64,000 nt of DNA from NCBI RefSeq assembly GCF_013149785.1, contig NZ_JABEZU010000001.1, positions 1,178,001-1,242,000 of the forward strand, written 5' to 3'. The notes beneath the pieces are model-generated. The model did no database searches, had not been told where the DNA came from, and saw only the letters and a list, made by a program, of their open reading frames with translations. Positions 59,326 to 64,000 of this stretch are shown piece after piece. The stretch's first letter is position 1. Each line of letters begins with the position of its first letter. A program made the position numbers and the translations under genes. The DNA is from Isoptericola halotolerans. GTDB taxonomy: Bacteria; Actinomycetota; Actinomycetes; Actinomycetales; Cellulomonadaceae.

Positions 59326-61056
59326 ATGGCCGAGGGAAAGCTCGACGTCGTCGCCAGGCGGATGGGGCTACGGACCGACCCGATCATCTTCTTCGTCTCG
59401 GCCGCGCTCATGGTCGTCTTCCTGGTCCTGCTGCTCGTCTTCCCGACGCCGATCGGCAACGCCTTCGGGCAGGGGCGCGAGTGGATCGTCACCAACCTCG
59501 GATGGTTCTTCATCCTCGGCGTGACCGTCTGGCTGCTCTTCCTCGCCTACGTCGCGCTGAGCCGCTACGGCCACCTGCGGCTCGGGCCGGACGACTCCCG
59601 CCCGGAGTACAGCAACCTGTCGTGGTTCGCGATGCTCTTCGCCGGCGGGATCGGGACCGTCCTGATGTTCTGGGGCGTGGCTGAGCCGATCTCGCACTTC
59701 GCGGAGCCACCGCTGGCCGACGTCCAGCCGTACTCCAGCGAGGCGGCCGAGAACGCGATGTCGATCTCGCTCTACCACCTGAGCCTGCACACCTGGGCGA
59801 TCTTCACGCTGCCCGGGCTCGCGTTCGGGTACTTCGTCTACCGGCACAAGCTGCCGCTGCGGGTGAGCTCGGTCTTCTACCCGTTCCTCAAGGAGCGGAT
59901 CTACGGGCCGATCGGCCGCACGATCGACATCTTCGCCGTGCTCGGGACGCTCTTCGGCATCGCGGTGTCGCTGGGCCTGGGCACGTCACAGATCGGGGCC
60001 GGCATCGGTGCGCTCTTCCCCGACGTCGACAACGGCATGTGGTTGCAGGTCGGTGTGATCACGGTGCTCACGATCGTGGCGGTCGCGTCGATCGTGGCCG
60101 GGCTCGACAAGGGCGTGAAGCGCCTGTCGAACCTCAACATCCTCATGGCCGTCGGCCTGATGATCTTCGTGCTCGTCTCCGGCGACACCGTCTTTCTGCT
60201 GCGGCAGATCCCGCAGAGCATGGGTGTCTACCTGCAGGACCTGGTGGGCCTGGCGTTCTGGAACGACGCCATGTCTCCGTTCACGAAGACGGACGGCTGG
60301 GGCTGGCAGGGCGGCTGGACGGTCTTCTACTGGGCCTGGACGGTCACGTGGGCTCCCTTCATGGGCGTGTTCCTGGCCCGGATCTCCCGCGGCCGGACGA
60401 TCCGGCAGTTCGTCGGCGGGGTGCTCATCGCGCCGTCGTTGTTCACGGCCGTGTGGTTCGTCGTCTTCGGCTGGTCGGCCATGGAGCTCGACGGCATCGA
60501 CGGCACCGGTGGCCCGATCTCCGAGGCGGTCTCCGTGGACGTCGCCCTGGCCATGTTCACGTTCTTCGAGAACTACCCGGCGGCGACCCTCGTCTCGGGG
60601 ATCGCCGTCGTGGTGGTCGCGCTGTTCTTCGCGACGTCGTCCGACTCGGCCTCGCTGGTCATCGACATGCTCTGCGTGGGGACCCCCGACTCCGGCCCCA
60701 CGCGCCAGCGGGTCTTCTGGGGTGTGAGCGAGGGCGCCCTGGCGGCCTCGCTGATCATCCTGGGCGGTCTGACCAACGCCGACGGGATCGGCGCGTTGCA
60801 ACAGGTGATCACCGTGATCGGCCTGCCCATCTTCGTCCTCGTGTTCCTCATGATGTTCAGCCTGATCAAGGCCCTGAGCACCGAGCGGCGCGCAGCCATC
60901 GAGGCGCAGTTCGCGGGCGTCCTCGAGAAGCGGGACCGCGCGGCGCGTGGTCGCCCCAAGGTGGCGGGACAGGGTCGTGCGCGGGAGAGCAGCGACGAGC
61001 CCCTGGTGCCGGTCGAGGACGGCGACAACGGCGAGGGACCGGTCGACAGAGACTGA
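59326..61056 (+). CDS. BCCT-family (betaine/choline/carnitine) transporter
   Basis: SWFAMLF, FWGVAEP, WTVFYWAW, ARISRGRTIR, TSSDS. Confidence 0.92.
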   Translation: MAEGKLDVVARRMGLRTDPIIFFVSAALMVVFLVLLLVFPTPIGNAFGQGREWIVTNLGWFFILGVTVWLLFLAYVALSRYGHLRLGPDDSRPEYSNLSWFAMLFAGGIGTVLMFWGVAEPISHFAEPPLADVQPYSSEAAENAMSISLYHLSLHTWAIFTLPGLAFGYFVYRHKLPLRVSSVFYPFLKERIYGPIGRTIDIFAVLGTLFGIAVSLGLGTSQIGAGIGALFPDVDNGMWLQVGVITVLTIVAVASIVAGLDKGVKRLSNLNILMAVGLMIFVLVSGDTVFLLRQIPQSMGVYLQDLVGLAFWNDAMSPFTKTDGWGWQGGWTVFYWAWTVTWAPFMGVFLARISRGRTIRQFVGGVLIAPSLFTAVWFVVFGWSAMELDGIDGTGGPISEAVSVDVALAMFTFFENYPAATLVSGIAVVVVALFFATSSDSASLVIDMLCVGTPDSGPTRQRVFWGVSEGALAASLIILGGLTNADGIGALQQVITVIGLPIFVLVFLMMFSLIKALSTERRAAIEAQFAGVLEKRDRAARGRPKVAGQGRARESSDEPLVPVEDGDNGEGPVDRD

Positions 61057-61094
61057 TTGTCAGGAAACCTGTCCAATTGGCTAGGGTGGGTGGT

Positions 61095-62873
61095 GTGCCT
61101 CACGCCACACCGCCGACGACGCCGGTCCCCACCGTCCCCGCCCCCCGTACCGCCACCCTCGCCCCCGGCGAGCACCGCCTCGTCCACGGTGCCCGCGTGC
61201 AGGCGCACCCGCTGCTCGCCCCCGCGGCACGGTGGTGGCGCCGCACCACCGAGGAGAGCAGCGGGATCGACCTCGTGGCGCACGACCCGACGCACGCGGC
61301 GGACGCCGGCTCGCCGGACACAGCCGCCACGGTGCGCTTCGACGTCGACGACGGTCTCGCCCGGGGGGCGTACACGCTCGACGTCGACCCGGCCGTCGTG
61401 CGTGTGGCGGCCGCCGACCTGCCCGGAGCGTTCGCCGCCGCCCAGACGCTGCGTCAGCTCGCCGGCGCCGCCGCCTTCCGACGCGCCGGGGGCGCTCCGC
61501 TCGTGCTGCCGGCCCTGCGCGTCGCCGACGCGCCGCAGCACCACTGGCGCGGGGTGATGCTGGACGTCGCCCGGCACTTCCTGCCGAAGGCGGACCTGCT
61601 GCGGTTCGTCGACCTCGCGGCAGCCCACCACCTCAACGTGCTGCAGCTCCATCTCACCGACGACCAGGGCTGGCGGGTCGAGATCCAGCGCTACCCCCGG
61701 CTGACCCAGGTCGGCGGCTGGCGCCGCGAGACCACCGTCGGGCGCAGCGGCGCCCCTGACGGCCGGCCGCACGGCGGGTACTACAGTGCCGACGACCTGC
61801 GCGAGGTCGTCGCCTACGCGCGCGAGCGCGGGATGATGGTCGTGCCCGAGATCGACGTGCCGGGGCACGTCCAGGCGGCGCTCGCGGCCTATCCCGAGCT
61901 CGCTGCGCGCCCGGGCGCGCACGAGGTCTGGACCTCGTGGGGCATCAGCGAGGACGTGCTCGACCCGTCCGAGACGACCCTGGCCTTCTTCCGGGACGTC
62001 CTGGACGAGGTCTGCCAGGTCTTCGATGCGCCGTTCGTCGCGCTCGGCGGCGACGAGGTGCCGACCACCACCTGGCAGGGGCGCCCCGACATCGTGGAGC
62101 GGGCCGCGGCACTGGGCCTGACGACCGACGGCGCCCCGGACGTCGCGCGGCTGCACGGCTGGTTCCTCGCCCGCCTCGCCGACCACCTGCGCACCCGGGG
62201 ACGCCGCGCCCTCGTGTGGGACGAGGCCTTCGGCCCGGACCTGCCCCAGGATGCCGTCGTCCTCGCCTGGCGTGGTCACACCGTCGCCCTGGACGCGCTC
62301 GCCGCGGGGCACGACGTCGTCCTGGCGCCCGAGCAGGAGGTGTACCTCGACCACCGTGCCGCCGATGGACCGGACGAGCCCGTGCCCGTCGGGTTCGTGC
62401 GCACCACCGCCGACGTCTACGCCTTCGAGGTGATGCCACGGGCCGCGCGGGCCGCGCGCCCCGACCTGCCGGCGGTTCTGCCGGGACGGCTGCTGGGCGC
62501 CCAGGCCCAGGTGTGGACCGAGCACCTGGACTCCGCGCGGCGCGTCGACTACGCCGCGTTCCCCCGGCTGGCGGCCTTCGCCGAGGCCGTCTGGACCACC
62601 GACCCCACCCCGCGCGGCCTCGGCGGGACGGCTTCCGCGGCGTTCCTGGAGCGCCTGCACGACGCCCACCTGCCACGGCTCGCCGCGGCCGGGGTCGAGT
62701 TCCGCCCCCCGGGCGGCCCGCACCCGTGGCAGCAGCGGCCCGGCGTCGAGGGGCGGCCGCGCGACCTGGCCGCCGAGCGCGCCGTCGCGGGCTGGGACGG
62801 TCTCGGCGGATGGGTCGCCGGGCGTGACGGGGCCGAGCCGGAGCAGGCGGCCACCCCCGGGGGCGCGGCATGA
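61095..62873 (+). CDS. Beta-N-acetylhexosaminidase (GH20)
   Basis: WRGVMLDVARHF, HLTDDQGWR, PEIDVPGH, GGDE, WTE, FPRL; start inferred. Confidence 0.9.
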   Translation: MPHATPPTTPVPTVPAPRTATLAPGEHRLVHGARVQAHPLLAPAARWWRRTTEESSGIDLVAHDPTHAADAGSPDTAATVRFDVDDGLARGAYTLDVDPAVVRVAAADLPGAFAAAQTLRQLAGAAAFRRAGGAPLVLPALRVADAPQHHWRGVMLDVARHFLPKADLLRFVDLAAAHHLNVLQLHLTDDQGWRVEIQRYPRLTQVGGWRRETTVGRSGAPDGRPHGGYYSADDLREVVAYARERGMMVVPEIDVPGHVQAALAAYPELAARPGAHEVWTSWGISEDVLDPSETTLAFFRDVLDEVCQVFDAPFVALGGDEVPTTTWQGRPDIVERAAALGLTTDGAPDVARLHGWFLARLADHLRTRGRRALVWDEAFGPDLPQDAVVLAWRGHTVALDALAAGHDVVLAPEQEVYLDHRAADGPDEPVPVGFVRTTADVYAFEVMPRAARAARPDLPAVLPGRLLGAQAQVWTEHLDSARRVDYAAFPRLAAFAEAVWTTDPTPRGLGGTASAAFLERLHDAHLPRLAAAGVEFRPPGGPHPWQQRPGVEGRPRDLAAERAVAGWDGLGGWVAGRDGAEPEQAATPGGAA

Positions 62874-64000
62874 ACCGATGGTCCGTCGACGTCGTGCGCG
62901 GGGCGGTGCTGCCCCGGCCGGACGGCAGCCTCACGGCTCCGCAGGACGTGCTGCTCGACGGCGGTCGGGTGCGTGCCGTCGAACGCGCCGGGCGGCGGCA
63001 CGGTGAGCGGGTGCTCGACGCCGAGGGCCGGCTCGTGCTGCCCGGGTTCGTCGACGCCCACGTCCACGGCGGCGGCGCCGTGTTCGACCCGGGCGTGCAG
63101 CACGCGCTGCTGCGCCAGGGCGTCACGGCGATCGTCACCGGGGCCGACGGGGTCGGGTTCGCGCCGTCCGACGACGCGGGTGCCGCCTGGGCCGCCGACT
63201 ACTTCGCCGGGATCGACGGGGACCACCCGGGCTTCGGCGGTGGGAGCCTCGCCGGGCTGCTGGCCACCTACGACGGCGCGACACCGGTCAACGTCGCGGC
63301 GCTCGTGCCGCACGGCACGCTGCGCCGGACCGTCGTCGGCACCGACCCGCGCGCGGCCACACCCGGGGAGATCTCGCGCATGGTCGCGATGGCCCGGCAG
63401 GGCTTCGCGGACGGTGCCGTCGGTCTGTCGACCGGCCTGGAGTACGTCCCGGCGGCCTGGGCTCGCGACGACGAGCTGCGCGCGGTCGTCGCCGTGGCGG
63501 CCGAGCACGGGCTGCCGCACGTGTCGCACATGCGCGGATACGAGGACCGGGCCGGCCCCGCCCTCGCCGAGCTGCTCGACCTGGCGGCAGCCACCGGGGC
63601 TGCCACGCACGTGTCGCACCTGCACGGGCCGGCGGAGCCGATCCTCGCGGTCCTCGACGGCGTCGACGTCACCTTCGACTCCTACCCGTACCTGCGGGGC
63701 TGCTCCCTCCTGGCGATGGTCGCGCTGCCCACGTGGCTGCCCCTCGCCGACCCCGACGCCACGGTCGCGGCCCTGGACGCCCCGGCGAGCGCCCGACGGC
63801 TGCGTGACCACCTCGAGGGCCTGCACGACCTGTGGCCACGGGTGACGCTGGCCTGGGTGCCCGGCCTGGATCCGCACGAGGGTGACGTGGCGGGCCGGGC
63901 CCTGACCGACGTGGCCGCGGACTGGGGCGTGCCGCCGTCGGTCGCGGCCCTGCGTGTCCTGCGTGCCTCCCGGCTGCGGGCCAGCTGTGTCTTCGCGCAG
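62870..64000 (+). CDS. N-acyl-D-amino-acid deacylase-like amidohydrolase, 3'-truncated by window edge
   Basis: Translated by hand from ATG 62870: LPGFVDAHVH, RQGVT, GLSTGLEYVP, SHMR; ATGA overlap with GH20. Confidence 0.82.
   Translation, partial: MNRWSVDVVRGAVLPRPDGSLTAPQDVLLDGGRVRAVERAGRRHGERVLDAEGRLVLPGFVDAHVHGGGAVFDPGVQHALLRQGVTAIVTGADGVGFAPSDDAGAAWAADYFAGIDGDHPGFGGGSLAGLLATYDGATPVNVAALVPHGTLRRTVVGTDPRAATPGEISRMVAMARQGFADGAVGLSTGLEYVPAAWARDDELRAVVAVAAEHGLPHVSHMRGYEDRAGPALAELLDLAAATGAATHVSHLHGPAEPILAVLDGVDVTFDSYPYLRGCSLLAMVALPTWLPLADPDATVAALDAPASARRLRDHLEGLHDLWPRVTLAWVPGLDPHEGDVAGRALTDVAADWGVPPSVAALRVLRASRLRASCVFAQ

Noticed and set aside
630..63877. Many long antisense or alternate-frame ORFs (e.g. 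630-3062, 11813-13540, 56482-59151)
   Set aside because: Arg/Pro/Gly-rich shadows of real genes caused by stop-codon scarcity at high GC; no motifs

Overview
Chromosomal window from a very GC-rich actinobacterium (gene content suggests Micrococcales; inference). It is mostly core metabolism: nucleoside salvage (deoA, add, deoC, punA, phospho-sugar mutase), acyl-CoA carboxylase alpha/beta/epsilon with birA and maf, transporters and regulators, a seven-gene Tad/Flp pilus operon, and prfB-ftsE-ftsX-M23-smpB-ssrA-hrpB, ending in a GH20 plus deacylase pair. Between the Tad operon and prfB lies an accessory stretch (about 42.2-49.5 kb). It includes a visibly AT-richer island (about 45.4-48.97 kb) with two orphan polymorphic-toxin/immunity modules: a frameshifted hydrophobic toxin tip with a membrane immunity candidate, and a GH-E-like HNH nuclease tip with a SUFU-type immunity protein. 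The nuclease tip is split in frame by an IS481-family element at CTAG. Other notable items are an unannotated papain/C39-like peptidase coupled to a small acidic peptide, widespread leaderless-type promoters, a perfect 27-bp inverted repeat, an 87-bp tandem repeat and several operator palindromes. No CRISPR array, rRNA or tRNA was seen. All family calls come from motif recognition by eye, with no database search.
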